Assembly: GCF_030651185.1 (NCBI RefSeq)
Contig: NZ_JAUSCJ010000041.1
Span: 93,693-157,692, forward strand
Direction: 5' to 3'
Source of the DNA: Phenylobacterium sp.
GTDB lineage: Bacteria; Pseudomonadota; Alphaproteobacteria; Caulobacterales; Caulobacteraceae
Length of the DNA stretch: 64,000 nt
Below, piece after piece: positions 9,608 through 20,400 of the stretch. The position numbers and the translations under genes are program-made. The notes beneath the pieces were generated by a model. That model saw only the letters and a list, made by a program, of their open reading frames with translations, was not told the origin of the DNA and searched no databases. Positions within the stretch are counted from its first letter, which is position 1, and each line of letters opens with the position of its first letter.

Positions 9608-10714
9608 ATGACCGCCAAACTCGAAGCCGACCTCACCGCCGCCATCGCGGCCGCCACCGACCTTCAGGCCCTGGAGGCCATACGGGTCTCGGCCCTGGGC
9701 AAGTCCGGGGCGATCTCCGACCTGCTCAAATCCCTGGGCGCCATGTCCCCCGACGAGCGCCGGGAACAGGGCCCGCGGATCAATGGCCTGCGCGACCGGG
9801 TCGCCGCCGCCATCGCCGAGCGCAAGGCGGGCCTGGAGGCCGCCGAGCTGGACGCCCGCCTGGCGTCGGAACGCGTCGATCTCTCCCTGCCGGCGCCGCC
9901 GCGCCGCAAGGGTGGGGTCCACCCCACCATGCAGGTGATGGACGAGATGATCGCCATCTTCGCCGACATGGGCTTCGCCCTGGCCGAGGGGCCGGACATC
10001 GAGACCGACTTCAACAACTTCACGGCCCTGAACTTCCCGCCCAAGCATCCGGCCCGGGAGATGCACGACACCTTCTTCCTGCCGGAGAACGAGCAGGGCG
10101 AACGCAAGGTGCTGCGCACCCACACGAGTCCCGTGCAGGTGCGCGTCATGAACCGCACCAACCAGAAGCCGGCCGCCCCCTGGATCGCCACGGGCCAGGA
10201 GCCGCCGATCCGCGTCATCGTGCCGGGCCGCACCTTCCGCAAGGACAGTGACCAGACCCACACGCCGATGTTCCACCAGATCGAGGGTCTGGTGATCGAC
10301 AAGGCCATCCACATGGGCCACCTGAAGTGGACGCTCGAGACCTTCCTCGGCCGGTTCTTCGAGACCCCGGACGTGGTCACCCGCTTCCGTCCGCACCACT
10401 TCCCCTTCACCGAGCCCAGCGCCGAGATGGACGTGCAGTGCGACCGCTCGGGCGGTGAGGTGAAGATCGGGCAGGGAACCGACTGGCTGGAGATCCTCGG
10501 CTGCGGGATGGTCCATCCCAATGTGCTCCGCAACTGCGGCCTGGATCCCGACGTCTGGCAGGGCTTCGCCTTCGGCTGCGGCGTCGACCGGCTGGGCGTC
10601 CTGAAATACGGCATGCCCGACCTGCGCGACATGTTCGCCACCGACGTCCGCTGGCTGCAGCACTACGGCTTCTCGGCCTTCGCCGCGCCGAACCCGGCGA
10701 CGGGGCTCAGCTGA
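9608..10714 (+). CDS. pheS: Phenylalanyl-tRNA synthetase alpha subunit
   Basis: [35 protein letters not shown]. Confidence 0.98.
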   Translation: MTAKLEADLTAAIAAATDLQALEAIRVSALGKSGAISDLLKSLGAMSPDERREQGPRINGLRDRVAAAIAERKAGLEAAELDARLASERVDLSLPAPPRRKGGVHPTMQVMDEMIAIFADMGFALAEGPDIETDFNNFTALNFPPKHPAREMHDTFFLPENEQGERKVLRTHTSPVQVRVMNRTNQKPAAPWIATGQEPPIRVIVPGRTFRKDSDQTHTPMFHQIEGLVIDKAIHMGHLKWTLETFLGRFFETPDVVTRFRPHHFPFTEPSAEMDVQCDRSGGEVKIGQGTDWLEILGCGMVHPNVLRNCGLDPDVWQGFAFGCGVDRLGVLKYGMPDLRDMFATDVRWLQHYGFSAFAAPNPATGLS

Positions 10715-11121
10715 TGGCCGCTCTCACCGACCTGGCCGGCCTGGAGCACTTCATGTTCGGCGACAGCCCCGCCATGGCCGACGAACTCCTGGCCCTGGTC
10801 CTGGCGGGCAAGAAGACCGCCACCTGCTGGGCCGCCTCCCAGGGACTGAAGGGCAGCGCCCCCGGCGCACGCTATGTGGTTCAGGACGGCGCGGGCGCCC
10901 CGCGCGCGATCATCGAGTCGGTGGAACTGGTCCAGCGCCGGTTCGACGAGGTCGACGCCACCTTCGCCGCGGAGGAGGGCGAGGGCGACCTCAGCCGTGC
11001 CCACTGGGCCGCCGTCCATGAGGACTATTTCGTCCGCGAAGCCACCTACGCCCCAGACATGCTGCTCTGGTGCGAGCGCTTCCGCCTGATCGAGATTCTC
11101 GGCGAAGGAGCCGACCAATGA
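10714..11121 (+). CDS. ASCH-domain (PUA-like) protein
   Basis: [25 protein letters not shown]...W...H..YF motifs; TGATG and ATGA overlaps with pheS and pheT. Confidence 0.85.
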   Translation: MAALTDLAGLEHFMFGDSPAMADELLALVLAGKKTATCWAASQGLKGSAPGARYVVQDGAGAPRAIIESVELVQRRFDEVDATFAAEEGEGDLSRAHWAAVHEDYFVREATYAPDMLLWCERFRLIEILGEGADQ

Positions 11122-13490
11122 AGTTCACCCTCTCCTGGCTGCGCGAGCACCTCGACACCACCGCCACCGCCTCCGAACTGGTGGACGCCATGACCATGGC
11201 CGGCCTGGAGGTCGAGCACGTCGCCGACCCCGCCACCAAGCTGGCCGCCTTCACGGTCGCCAAGATCGTCGAGGCGGTTCAGCACCCCAACGCCGACCGC
11301 CTGCGGGTCTGCCAGGTGGACACCGTCGACGGCCGCAAGGAGATCGTCTGCGGCGCCCCCAATGCGCGGGCCGGCCTGACCACCATCTACGCCCCCATCG
11401 GCGCCTATGTGCCGGGCCTGGGCGTGACGCTGGTGGAGAAGCCGGTGCGTGGCGTGGTCTCCAACGGCATGCTCTGCTCGGCCTCCGAGCTGGAGGCCGC
11501 ATCTGAGTCTGACGGCATCATGGACCTGCCCGACAACCTGGCGGTGGGGACGCCGGCCGCCACGGCGCTGAGCCTGGAAGCCGTCATCGACTTCGAGGTC
11601 ACCCCCAACCGCCCCGACTGGCTGGGCGTGGTGGGCATCGCCCGCGACCTGGCCGCCGCCGGTCTGGGCGACTTGAAGGACATCGCCATCGCCCCGGTCC
11701 CCGGGAGCTTCGCCAATCCCATCGAGATCAGGCTGCCCGCGCCCGAGGCCTGCCCGGCCTTCTCCGGCCGGCTGATCCGCGGCGTGAAGAACGGACCCTC
11801 CCCGGCCTGGCTGGCCCAGCGCCTGACCTCCATCGGCCTGCGCTCCATCAACACCCTCGTTGATATCACCAACCTGATCACCTACGACCGCGCCCGGCCG
11901 CTGCACGTCTATGACGCCGCCAAGCTGACCGGCGGCTTCATTGAGGCCCGTATGGGCGCCTCGGGCGAAGAGGTCGCGGCCCTCGACGGCAAGACCTACG
12001 CCGTCACCCCTGACATCTGCGTCATCGCCGACGGCTCGGGCGTCATCGGCCTGGGCGGGGTCATGGGCGGCGAGAGCACCGGCTGCTCGGAGACCACCAC
12101 CGAGGTCTTCCTGGAAAGCGCCTGGTTCGACCCGATCCTGACCGCCCAGACAGGCCGCAGCACCGGCATCAATTCCGACGCCCAGTACCGCTTCGCCCGC
12201 ACCGTCGATCCCCAGTCCCTGGTCCCCGGCCTGGAGCTGGCGACCCGGCTGATCCTCGAACTCTGCGGCGGCGAGGCCTCGGAACTCACCCTGGCCGGCG
12301 AGGCGCCCACGCCGCCCACCGCCATGACCTTCGACCGGGCTTACGTGAAGCAGCTGTCGGGCCTGGATATCGGCGAGGCCCGCATCGACGAGATCCTCAC
12401 CAGGCTCGGCTTCGCAGTCGCCGGCGACCAGGTCACCCCGCCCTCCTGGCGCCGCGACGTGGAGGGCAGGGCCGACCTCGTCGAGGAGGTGGCCCGCATC
12501 CAGGGCTACGACGCCCTGCCCGCCACGCCCCTGCCCGAACTGGCCCCCGCCGCCGGCGGCGTGCTCACCGTGCGCCAGGGCCGGGTCCGGGTGGCGCGCC
12601 GCGCCATGGCCGCCCGCGGCTATGCCGAGACCATCACCTGGAGCTTCACGGCCCAGGCGACGGCGAAACTGTTCGGCGGCGGCGATCCCAAGCTGGTGGT
12701 GACCAATCCCATCGCCTCGGATCTGGACTGCATGCGGCCGTCCATCCTGCCCAACCTCATCGAGGCGGCGGGCCGTAACGCCCGGCGCGGCTTCCCCGAC
12801 CTGGCCGCCTTCGAGATCGGCCCGCTCTATCGCGGCGACGAGCCGCAGGACCAGGTGACCGTGCTGGCCGCCCTGACAGCCCCGCACCCGCCCCGCCGCT
12901 GGGACGGCGCCAGGACCGATCCGCTGTTCGACCTCAAGGCCGACCTGATGGCCATCCTGGAGGAGATCGGCGCGCCGAACCTGCAGCTGGTCCAGGGCGG
13001 CACGTCGGACTGGTGGCATCCGGGTCGTTCGGCCCGCCTGCAGCTTGGCCCCAAGACCATCGTCGCCGAGTTCGGCGAACTTCACCCGCGCGTGCTCAAG
13101 GCGCTGGACGTCGACGGCCCGCTGGTGGCCTTCGAACTGAACCTGGACGCCCTCCCCGAGGGCAAGAGGAAGTCCACCAAGACCAGGCCGGCCCTTGAGC
13201 TGTCGGCCCTCATGCCGCTCAGCCGCGACTTCGCCTTCGTGGTCGGCGCCGAGGTGGCGGCCGGAGACCTGGTCCGCCCGATCCTCGCCGCCGACAAGGC
13301 CCTGATCGCCGACGCCCGGGTCTTCGACGTCTATCAGGGGGCCGGCGTGGCCGAGGGCTCCAAGTCGGTGGCCATCGAGGTCCTGCTCCAGCCCCGCGAG
13401 AAGACCCTCACCGAGCCGGAGATCGAGGCCCTGTCGGCCAGGATCGTGGCGGCCGCCGACAAGGCCGTGGGCGCGAAGCTGCGGAGCTAG
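11118..13490 (+). CDS. pheT: Phenylalanyl-tRNA synthetase beta subunit
   Basis: [26 protein letters not shown]-terminal RDFAFVV FDX-ACB domain. Confidence 0.98.
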   Translation: MKFTLSWLREHLDTTATASELVDAMTMAGLEVEHVADPATKLAAFTVAKIVEAVQHPNADRLRVCQVDTVDGRKEIVCGAPNARAGLTTIYAPIGAYVPGLGVTLVEKPVRGVVSNGMLCSASELEAASESDGIMDLPDNLAVGTPAATALSLEAVIDFEVTPNRPDWLGVVGIARDLAAAGLGDLKDIAIAPVPGSFANPIEIRLPAPEACPAFSGRLIRGVKNGPSPAWLAQRLTSIGLRSINTLVDITNLITYDRARPLHVYDAAKLTGGFIEARMGASGEEVAALDGKTYAVTPDICVIADGSGVIGLGGVMGGESTGCSETTTEVFLESAWFDPILTAQTGRSTGINSDAQYRFARTVDPQSLVPGLELATRLILELCGGEASELTLAGEAPTPPTAMTFDRAYVKQLSGLDIGEARIDEILTRLGFAVAGDQVTPPSWRRDVEGRADLVEEVARIQGYDALPATPLPELAPAAGGVLTVRQGRVRVARRAMAARGYAETITWSFTAQATAKLFGGGDPKLVVTNPIASDLDCMRPSILPNLIEAAGRNARRGFPDLAAFEIGPLYRGDEPQDQVTVLAALTAPHPPRRWDGARTDPLFDLKADLMAILEEIGAPNLQLVQGGTSDWWHPGRSARLQLGPKTIVAEFGELHPRVLKALDVDGPLVAFELNLDALPEGKRKSTKTRPALELSALMPLSRDFAFVVGAEVAAGDLVRPILAADKALIADARVFDVYQGAGVAEGSKSVAIEVLLQPREKTLTEPEIEALSARIVAAADKAVGAKLRS

Positions 13491-13502
13491 CTCCGCCCTC
13501 GA

Positions 13503-13613
13503 TGTCATCCGGGAAACGCGAAGCGTTGTCCGGGACCCAGATGCGCGGGGCTTGCAGGATAGATCAGCGCGTCTGGGTCCCGGTCTTCCGCTCACGCGGA
13601 AACCGGGATGACA
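13503..13613. repeat. Palindromic intergenic repeat (GTCAT...ATGAC type)
   Basis: tgtcatccggg / ccgggatgaca ends, inner gggacccag / ctgggtccc stem; sister copy at 16928-17020. Confidence 0.8.
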
Positions 13614-13626
13614 CCCGGGGTGCGCG

Positions 13627-13654
13627 CTTGAAACCCCCCGCGCGCCATCCCATA
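13627..13654 (+). promoter_or_regulatory. Sigma32 (RpoH)-like promoter
   Basis: CTTGAA-N16-CCCATA, 8 nt before ATG 13663. Confidence 0.5.
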
Positions 13655-13662
13655 CCTTGCGC

Positions 13663-14220
13663 ATGACCACGCCCCCGACCGCCCCGCGCCACGCCAAGCC
13701 CAAGCCCGTCCTCGAACGCTGGCTGGAGACGGCCCTGTTCCGCTCCCGCTGGCTGATGGCGCCCTTCTATGTGGGTCTGATCCTGGCCCTGGCCGGCCTG
13801 GTCATCGTCTTCTTCAACGAGGCCTGGCACGAGTTCCAGCACATCACGACCATGAGCCCGGAGGAGGCCATCCTCATGGCGCTCTCCCTCATCGACCTCT
13901 CCCTGGCCGGCAACCTGCTGCTGATCGTCACCTTCTCGGGCTACGAGAACTTCGTCTCGAAGATCGACACCGGCGACGACGAGGACCGCCCCTCCTGGAT
14001 GGGGACGGTGGACTTCTCGGGCCTGAAGATGAAGCTGATCGCCTCCATCGTGGCGATTTCCGGCATCGCCCTGCTGCGGGCCTTCATGCGCCTGTCGGAG
14101 AACGAGCCGATCCCCGACCGGACCCTGGCCTGGCTGGTGGGTATCCACCTGACCTTCGTGGTCTCCGGCGTCATGCTGGCCCTGATGGACCTGCTGGCCT
14201 CCAAGACCGACAAGCACTAG
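13663..14220 (+). CDS. UPF0114/TIGR00645 (YqhA-like) membrane protein
   Basis: SRWLMAP.Y.GL, FSGYENFVSK, LKMKL...IVAIS. Confidence 0.85.
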   Translation: MTTPPTAPRHAKPKPVLERWLETALFRSRWLMAPFYVGLILALAGLVIVFFNEAWHEFQHITTMSPEEAILMALSLIDLSLAGNLLLIVTFSGYENFVSKIDTGDDEDRPSWMGTVDFSGLKMKLIASIVAISGIALLRAFMRLSENEPIPDRTLAWLVGIHLTFVVSGVMLALMDLLASKTDKH

Positions 14221-14234
14221 GAGGCCGGCCGTCC

Positions 14235-14885
14235 CTAGAAGGGCCAGACCCGGCGCTTACGGCTAAAGCCGAGATAGCCGATGTTGGCGCCCAGCCGCAG
14301 GCCGACGCCGGCGCGGATGGGGGCCAGGATCACCTCGTCGGAGCGTAGGTAGTTCACGCCCACCCCGCCCACCAGATAGGCCGAGCCCTCCACGCCCGGG
14401 AAGCGCTGGAAGAGGATCTCCGGGTACTGGAGATTGTAGCAGAGGGTGAAGACCCGGCTGGCGTTGCCGCCCAGGTCCCAGCCCACCGACGGGCCCTGCC
14501 AGAAGACCTCCAGCGGCTCGCGGTTCTTCATATAGAGCAGGCCCTTGCCGTAGCGGGCGCCGACCGAGATCGCGCCCGAGGCCTCCTGGCCGGCGATATA
14601 GGCCGTGGGCCGGCCATTGTCGCGGAACACCCGCTCGATGGCGCCCCCGGCGGCCTCGGCGGTCACCCCCAGGAAGTCGGAGACGTTGTTGACCATCTCC
14701 TCGCGGGAGAAGGGCTCGGCCGGGGCCGGGGCCGGATAGTTGGGATTCTGGCCCGGAGACGGCGGCGGGGCGGCCGGATAGTTCGGTGTCTGGTAGGGGC
14801 CGGGCTGGCCCGGCTCCTGGGCCTTGGCGGCCCCGGCGGCGCCCAGCGTGGCCAGGCCCGAAACGATCAGTGTGCGGCGATCCAT
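14235..14885 (-). CDS. eipA: DUF1134 / EipA-like envelope protein
   Basis: Signal-like N-terminus, G.P.AYI.G.E.SGA...G.RYG.G, FWQGPSVGWD, PIRAGVGLRLGANIGY. Confidence 0.75.
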   Translation of the reverse strand: MDRRTLIVSGLATLGAAGAAKAQEPGQPGPYQTPNYPAAPPPSPGQNPNYPAPAPAEPFSREEMVNNVSDFLGVTAEAAGGAIERVFRDNGRPTAYIAGQEASGAISVGARYGKGLLYMKNREPLEVFWQGPSVGWDLGGNASRVFTLCYNLQYPEILFQRFPGVEGSAYLVGGVGVNYLRSDEVILAPIRAGVGLRLGANIGYLGFSRKRRVWPF

Positions 14886-14951
14886 GGAACGTCCCCGAAT
14901 GAAGGCGAAACAGCCTCCCATCCCCTGGCGCCATCAATGCGGCGGCGCAGC

Positions 14952-14966
14952 TTAACGTCCGATTAA
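14952..14966. promoter_or_regulatory. CtrA box
   Basis: Exact TTAA-N7-TTAA (ttaa cgtccga ttaa) between divergent eipA and lepA. Confidence 0.7.
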
Positions 14967-15035
14967 GCATGATGACCCGCCAGGGGCCGCTCCGCCCTCG
15001 CAGGAGCGCCGGAATGTGGTAGAGGCTGGCGCACC

Positions 15036-16841
15036 ATGAGCACCCCTCTTTCCAGAATCCGCAACTTCTCCATCGTGGCCCACATCGACCACGGCAAGTC
15101 GACCCTGTCCGATCGCCTGATCCAGGAGACCGGCGGCCTCACCAAGCGTGAGATGACCGAGCAGGTCCTGGACAATATGGAGATCGAGCGCGAGCGCGGC
15201 AACACCATCAAGGCCCAGACCGTGCGTCTGGAGTACAAGGCTCGCGACGGCGAGACCTATGTCCTCAACCTGATGGACACCCCGGGCCACGTCGACTTCG
15301 CCTATGAGGTCAGCCGCAGCCTGGCCGCCTGCGAGGGCTCGATCCTGGTGGTGGACTCCAGTCAGGGCGTCGAGGCCCAGACGCTGGCCAACGTCTACCA
15401 GGCCATCGACAACAATCACGAGATCGTCCCGGTCCTCAACAAGATCGACCTGCCCGCCGCCGAGCCCGAACGGATTCGCCAGCAGATCGAGGACGTCATC
15501 GGCATCGACGCCTCCGAAGCCGTGCTCTGCTCGGCCAAGACCGGCGAGGGCATCGCTGAGGTGCTGGAGGCCGTCGTCACCCGCCTGCCGCCCCCCAAGG
15601 GCGACCGCGACGCGCCGCTCAAGGCCCTGCTGGTGGACGCCTGGTACGACCCCTATCTCGGCGTCGTCGTGCTGGTCCGCGTCCTCGACGGGGTGCTGAA
15701 GGCCGGCATGAAGGTGCGCATGATGAATGCCGGCGTCACCCACCAGATCGACCGCATCGGCGTCTTCAAGCCCAAGCAGACCGAGGTCGCCGAGCTCGGC
15801 CCCGGCGAAATCGGCTACATCACCGCCCAGATCAAGCAGGTGGCCGACGCCGCCGTCGGTGACACCATCACCGACGAGAAGCGCCAGACCGCCACCGCCC
15901 TGCCCGGCTTCCGGGTCGCCCAGTCAGTGGTGTTCTGCGGCCTGTTCCCTGTGGACGCCGCCGACTTCGAGGACCTGCGCGCCGCCATCGGCCGCCTGCG
16001 CCTGAACGACGCCTCCTTCACCTACGAGATGGAGACCAGCGCGGCGCTCGGCTTCGGCTTCCGCTGCGGGTTCCTGGGCCTGCTGCACCTGGAAATCATC
16101 CAGGAGCGCCTCTCCCGCGAGTTCGACCTCGACCTGATCGCGACCGCGCCCTCGGTAGTCTACAAGATCGGTCTGAACGACGGCTCGGAGATGGAGCTGC
16201 ACAACCCGGCCGACCTGCCCGATCCGGTGAAGATCGCCACCATCGCCGAGCCCTGGATCAAGGCCACCATCCTGACCCCCGACGAGTATCTCGGCTCGGT
16301 GATCAAGCTCTGCCAGGACCGCCGCGGCGAACAGCGGGAACTCAGCTATGTCGGCTCCCGCGCCCTGGTGGTCTATGACCTGCCGCTCAACGAGGTGGTG
16401 TTCGACTTCTACGACCGCCTGAAGAGCGTCTCCAAGGGCTACGCCTCCTTCGACTACGCCATCGAGGGCTACCGGGTCGGCAACCTGGTGAAGATGTCGA
16501 TCCTGGTGAACGCCGAGCCAGTGGACGCGCTCTCCATGCTGGTCCACGCCGACCGCGCGGAGGCTCGCGGCCGCGGCATGGTGGAGAAGATGAAGGACCT
16601 CATCAGTCCCCACATGTTCCAGATCCCGATCCAGGCGGCCATCGGCGGCCGCATCATCGCCCGCGAGACCGTGCGCGCCCTGCGCAAGGACGTGACCGCC
16701 AAGTGCTACGGCGGCGACATGAGCCGCAAGCGCAAGCTGCTGGACAAGCAGAAGGCCGGCAAGAAGCGCATGCGCCAGTTCGGCAAGGTGGAAATCCCGC
16801 AGGAAGCCTTCATCGCCGCCCTGAAGATGGACGCCGATTAG
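15036..16841 (+). CDS. lepA: Elongation factor 4
   Basis: [40 protein letters not shown]. Confidence 0.98.
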   Translation: MSTPLSRIRNFSIVAHIDHGKSTLSDRLIQETGGLTKREMTEQVLDNMEIERERGNTIKAQTVRLEYKARDGETYVLNLMDTPGHVDFAYEVSRSLAACEGSILVVDSSQGVEAQTLANVYQAIDNNHEIVPVLNKIDLPAAEPERIRQQIEDVIGIDASEAVLCSAKTGEGIAEVLEAVVTRLPPPKGDRDAPLKALLVDAWYDPYLGVVVLVRVLDGVLKAGMKVRMMNAGVTHQIDRIGVFKPKQTEVAELGPGEIGYITAQIKQVADAAVGDTITDEKRQTATALPGFRVAQSVVFCGLFPVDAADFEDLRAAIGRLRLNDASFTYEMETSAALGFGFRCGFLGLLHLEIIQERLSREFDLDLIATAPSVVYKIGLNDGSEMELHNPADLPDPVKIATIAEPWIKATILTPDEYLGSVIKLCQDRRGEQRELSYVGSRALVVYDLPLNEVVFDFYDRLKSVSKGYASFDYAIEGYRVGNLVKMSILVNAEPVDALSMLVHADRAEARGRGMVEKMKDLISPHMFQIPIQAAIGGRIIARETVRALRKDVTAKCYGGDMSRKRKLLDKQKAGKKRMRQFGKVEIPQEAFIAALKMDAD

Positions 16842-16849
16842 CGGCTTAT

Positions 16850-16899
16850 CCTTCTCCCCTTGCGGGAGGAGTTGTCAGCGAAGCTGACGCATGAGGGGT
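16850..16899. repeat. CIR-like repeat half element
   Basis: ccttctccccttgcgggag ... gtcagcgaagctgac ... atgagggg; same head at 60880. Confidence 0.7.
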
Positions 16900-16927
16900 C
16901 ACGCTCCGATCTCAGAACGACACCCCC

Positions 16928-17020
16928 GTCATCCCGGACGCCGATAGGCGATCCGGGACCCAGGGGCCGTGCGCACCGCCCCTGGGTTCCGGCTCTCCTC
17001 TTCGCTACGGCCGGGGTGAC
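16928..17020. repeat. Palindromic intergenic repeat (GTCAT type)
   Basis: gtcatcccgg / ccggggtgac ends with inner cccagg / cctggg stem. Confidence 0.75.
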
Positions 17021-17165
17021 GCAGTGGGTTCGCCCGATCGGTCTGTCGACCCCGCGAAGGACGTCATTGCGCACCGTCCACGCGCCTTGCCCCAGGACCT
17101 CACCCTCGCCTACAAATCGCCCTCAAGCTTGGCTATGACGCCCGCCATCCTCAAGGAGCTACTGA

Positions 17166-17303
17166 ATGCGCAAGATCCTGGTTCTCGCCGTCGCCGCCAC
17201 CGCCCTGCTCACCGCCGCCTGCAACACCATCTCCGGCGCGGGCCGTGACGTCTCGGCCGCCGGCCGCGCGGTCAGCGGCGCCGCCGACGACGCCAAGCGC
17301 TAG
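17166..17303 (+). CDS. Entericidin A/B family lipoprotein (45 aa, not on the ORF track)
   Basis: MRKILVLAVAATALLTAACNTISGAGRDV; lipobox LTAAC; aaggag SD. Confidence 0.9.
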   Translation: MRKILVLAVAATALLTAACNTISGAGRDVSAAGRAVSGAADDAKR

Positions 17304-17309
17304 GCGCTG

Positions 17310-17474
17310 TCAGGCGTCCTCTTCGCGGGACGCCGCTTCCGCGATCTTGACCCTGTCCCCCGGCGGCGCCACCGCCGGGTCGGCATTGCGCATCTTGTCC
17401 TCGGCCGGGGTCGTGGGGCCGGTATGGCCATGGACGGATTTTCCGTCGGACATGGGCTTGGGATCGGAATTCAT
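17310..17474 (-). CDS. Small hydrophilic hypothetical protein (54 aa)
   Basis: ggaga SD before ATG; GGAAC-N17-CATT promoter-like motif upstream. Confidence 0.5.
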   Translation of the reverse strand: MNSDPKPMSDGKSVHGHTGPTTPAEDKMRNADPAVAPPGDRVKIAEAASREEDA

Positions 17475-17499
17475 GAATCTTCTCCGCATCTTGCTCATC

Positions 17500-17525
17500 A
17501 ATGAGTTGTGCGGCTGATACGTTCC
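17500..17525 (-). promoter_or_regulatory. EcfG/SigT-like general stress promoter
   Basis: GGAAC-N17-CATT on the minus strand. Confidence 0.5.
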
Positions 17526-17660
17526 CGCCCACGCCGTGAGACCTAACGACGCGCCATCAATGGGGAACTCCAAGCCCCGCCTGGGATTGCGAAGATCATG
17601 TTCCCGATGCGACCGCCCGTCACCTTGGACTCCCAAGGCCCCGATACACATATGGCGGTC

Positions 17661-18059
17661 ATGTCCCGTCACGAACGTCCCACCCTGATCCAAGCCATGA
17701 CCCGCGGCCTCCGTGGGCGCTGCCCCCACTGCGAGCAGGGCGCGCTCTATTGGAAGTACCTGAAGGTCGAGCCCCGCTGCCAGGTCTGCGGCCACGACAT
17801 CGCCCAGTATCCCGCCGACGACGGCCCGGCCTATTTCACCATCCTGATCGTCGGCCACCTGCTGGTGGCGCCGCTGCTGTTCTTCCCGATCATCTGGCAG
17901 GCGCCGGCGGCGATCATGGTGCCTGCCACCCTGATCCCCCTGGCCGTGGCGACGCTGGCCCTGCTGCCCCGGGTGAAGGGCGCCTTCATCGGCCTGCTCT
18001 ACGCCCTGAAGGTCAAGGAAGCCGACGCCCGCCTGCACACCGCCGATATGGCGGACTAG
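17661..18059 (+). CDS. DUF983-like membrane protein
   Basis: GLRGRCPHC...C..CG, DDGPAYFTILIVGH, PRVKG; alternative start 17652. Confidence 0.85.
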   Translation: MSRHERPTLIQAMTRGLRGRCPHCEQGALYWKYLKVEPRCQVCGHDIAQYPADDGPAYFTILIVGHLLVAPLLFFPIIWQAPAAIMVPATLIPLAVATLALLPRVKGAFIGLLYALKVKEADARLHTADMAD

Positions 18060-18083
18060 CAACCTTCTCCGGCGACGCTCGTT
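18059..18083 (+). promoter_or_regulatory. EcfG/SigT-like promoter
   Basis: GCAAC-N16-CGTT upstream of the DUF3309 gene. Confidence 0.45.
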
Positions 18084-18134
18084 TCCCGGCCATAGCGCCT
18101 GGCCACCCGGCCAGGCCTCAGGGAGGCTTGAGCC

Positions 18135-18293
18135 ATGTCGCTGGGGACTATTCTACTCATCATTCTCGTACTCGCCCTGATCGGCGCCCTGCCCACCTGG
18201 GGGCACTCGCGTTCGTGGGGCTACTTCCCCTCCGGCGGCCTGGGCCTGGTGCTGGTGATCGTCCTGGTCCTGGTCCTGATGGGCCGGATATAG
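18135..18293 (+). CDS. DUF3309 family small membrane protein (52 aa, not on the ORF track)
   Basis: MSLGTILLIILVLALIGALPTWGHSRSWGYFPSGGLGLVLVIVLVLVLMGRI; ggagg SD. Confidence 0.9.
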   Translation: MSLGTILLIILVLALIGALPTWGHSRSWGYFPSGGLGLVLVIVLVLVLMGRI

Positions 18294-18363
18294 CGCAAGC
18301 GCCCTTCGCGTAGGCGGCAAGACATTCTAGCATTCCCCCGATCCAGTTCGGTCGGGGGAATGC

Positions 18364-19692
18364 ATGACAGTTACGGAAAGCGGCGGTGAACTTCCGTCTG
18401 AGGCCCTGGCGCCGGGATTGACCCCCATGCAGCGGTTCAGGGCCATCCTGGGCGGATCGGCGGGCAACTTCGTCGAATGGTACGACTGGTTCGTCTACTC
18501 CTCCTTCGCCCTCTATTTCGCCAAGCACTTCTTCCCCAAGGGCGACGAGACCGCCCAGCTGCTGCAGGCCGCCGCGGTGTTCGCCGTGGGCTTCCTGGCC
18601 CGGCCCATCGGCGCCTGGTTCATGGGCCTCTATGCCGACCGCGCGGGGCGAAAGGCCGCCCTGACCGTCTCGGTCTCCATGATGTGCGCCGGCTCCTTCG
18701 CCATCGCCATCATCCCCGACTATTCGATGATCGGAACCGCCGCCCCCGTGGCGCTCGTCCTGGCGCGCCTGGTCCAGGGTCTGTCCCTGGGGGGCGAGTA
18801 CGGCGCCAGCGCCACCTACATGTCGGAGATGGCCGGCAAGAAGCGCCGTGGCTTCTGGTCGAGCTTCCTGTTCGTCACCCTGATCCTGGGCCAGCTCACC
18901 GCCCTGGCCGTCCTCATCCTGCTTCAGAACGTGCTGTCGCCGGAGGATCTGGCCCAATGGGGCTGGCGCATTCCCTTCGCCATCGGCGGGGTCCTGGCCA
19001 TCGTGGTGTTCTGGATCCGCACCGGCCTGGAGGAAAGCCAGTCCTACCTGACCGCCCAGGCCGAGGGCGCGGAACGCAGCCGCACCATGCTGTTGTTCGT
19101 GAAGTTCCCCAAGGAGACGGCGACCATCTTCGCCCTGACCTCGGCGGGGTCCTTGGCCTTCTATGCCTACACGACCTACATGCAGAAATTCCTGGTCAAC
19201 ACCTCGGGCTTCACCAAGGACATGGCCACCGCGATCACGGCCGCCGCCCTGCTGGTCTACATGATCGCGCAGCCGGCCTTCGGGGCGCTGTCCGATGCGG
19301 TTGGCCGCAAGACCACCCTGGTGGCCGCCTTCCTGCTGGGGACCATCTTCACCTATCCCATCTTCTCGAAGATCGCGGTGACCACCGACCCCACCATGGC
19401 GTTTGCCCTGATGTGCGCCCTGGTGCTGATCCTGTCGGGCTACACCGCCGTCAACGCGGTGCTGAAGGCTGAGCTGTTCCCCGCCCACGTCCGGGCGCTC
19501 GGCGTCGCACTGCCCTACGCCACGGCCAACGCCATCTTCGGCGGCACGGCGGAGTATGTCGCCCTGTGGTTCAAGAAGGAGGGCATGGAGAGCGGCTTCT
19601 ATGTCTATGTCGCGACGATCATGGGCCTGGCCTTCCTGGTGGCGCTGACCCTGCGCGACACCAACAAGCACAGCCTGATCACGGAGGACTAG
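18364..19692 (+). CDS. MFS metabolite:H+ symporter (KgtP-like)
   Basis: GNFVEWYDW, RPIG, ADRAGRK, QGLSLGGEYG, AELFP. Confidence 0.92.
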   Translation: MTVTESGGELPSEALAPGLTPMQRFRAILGGSAGNFVEWYDWFVYSSFALYFAKHFFPKGDETAQLLQAAAVFAVGFLARPIGAWFMGLYADRAGRKAALTVSVSMMCAGSFAIAIIPDYSMIGTAAPVALVLARLVQGLSLGGEYGASATYMSEMAGKKRRGFWSSFLFVTLILGQLTALAVLILLQNVLSPEDLAQWGWRIPFAIGGVLAIVVFWIRTGLEESQSYLTAQAEGAERSRTMLLFVKFPKETATIFALTSAGSLAFYAYTTYMQKFLVNTSGFTKDMATAITAAALLVYMIAQPAFGALSDAVGRKTTLVAAFLLGTIFTYPIFSKIAVTTDPTMAFALMCALVLILSGYTAVNAVLKAELFPAHVRALGVALPYATANAIFGGTAEYVALWFKKEGMESGFYVYVATIMGLAFLVALTLRDTNKHSLITED

Positions 19693-19693
19693 T

Positions 19694-20392
19694 TTGCCGC
19701 TCGCGCTCTCGCCCCTGGACTTGACGGCGCTCATCGTCTTCGCCGTCGCGTGGCTGGCCTATGAGCCGCTGCTGAAGGCCGCCGCCCGGGGCAAGGGCGC
19801 CATCAACACCGACATGACCGTCATCCGGGTCGCCTGGATGAAGAACATGGCCGGGCGCGAGAACAAGTTCATGGACGGCCAGCTCCTGGGCCACGCCCTG
19901 AACTCCGCCTCCTTCTTCGCCTCCTCCAACCTGATCCTGATAGCCGGGGCCGCGGGCGTGCTGTTCGGGGGCGAGAGCACCTTCCGCTCGGCCTCCAGCC
20001 TGGTGGTGATCCAGACCTCCACCCGCCTGGTGTTCGAGTTGCAGATCGCCCTGGTGCTGGTGGCGCTCGCCCGCGGCCTGCTGGATTTCATCTGGTCGAT
20101 CCGCCAGATGAACTACTGCATCGCCGCCGTGGGCGCGGCGCCCGACAGCGAGGACGCGGCCTTCAAGACCGCCTATGGCGAGGCCGCCGCCCGGCTGCTC
20201 AATCCGGCCCTGTCGGCCTTCAACGCCGGCGTTCGCGGCTACTACTTCGCTTTGGCGGCCGCGGCCTGGCTGTTTGGCCCCATCGCCTTCCTGGCCGCCA
20301 CCCTCGGTGCGGTGAGCCTGCTGCTCTGGCGTCAGCGCCGCTCCAAGGCCGCCGGCGCCATCGCCGACCTGCGCAAGCTGCTGGGGGGCTAA
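19694..20392 (+). CDS. DUF599-like membrane protein
   Basis: R..WM..M, SFFASS, FN.G.RGYYFA motifs; TTG start. Confidence 0.8.
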   Translation: MPLALSPLDLTALIVFAVAWLAYEPLLKAAARGKGAINTDMTVIRVAWMKNMAGRENKFMDGQLLGHALNSASFFASSNLILIAGAAGVLFGGESTFRSASSLVVIQTSTRLVFELQIALVLVALARGLLDFIWSIRQMNYCIAAVGAAPDSEDAAFKTAYGEAAARLLNPALSAFNAGVRGYYFALAAAAWLFGPIAFLAATLGAVSLLLWRQRRSKAAGAIADLRKLLGG

Positions 20393-20400
20393 CTCCTTCA

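Noticed and set aside
11046-13703. 885-aa ORF antisense to pheT, and similar long ORFs (589-2409, 45389-48433, 52478-53998, 55543-57537)
   Set aside because: Shadow frames of high-GC genes; the opposite strand has clear family motifs and these have none
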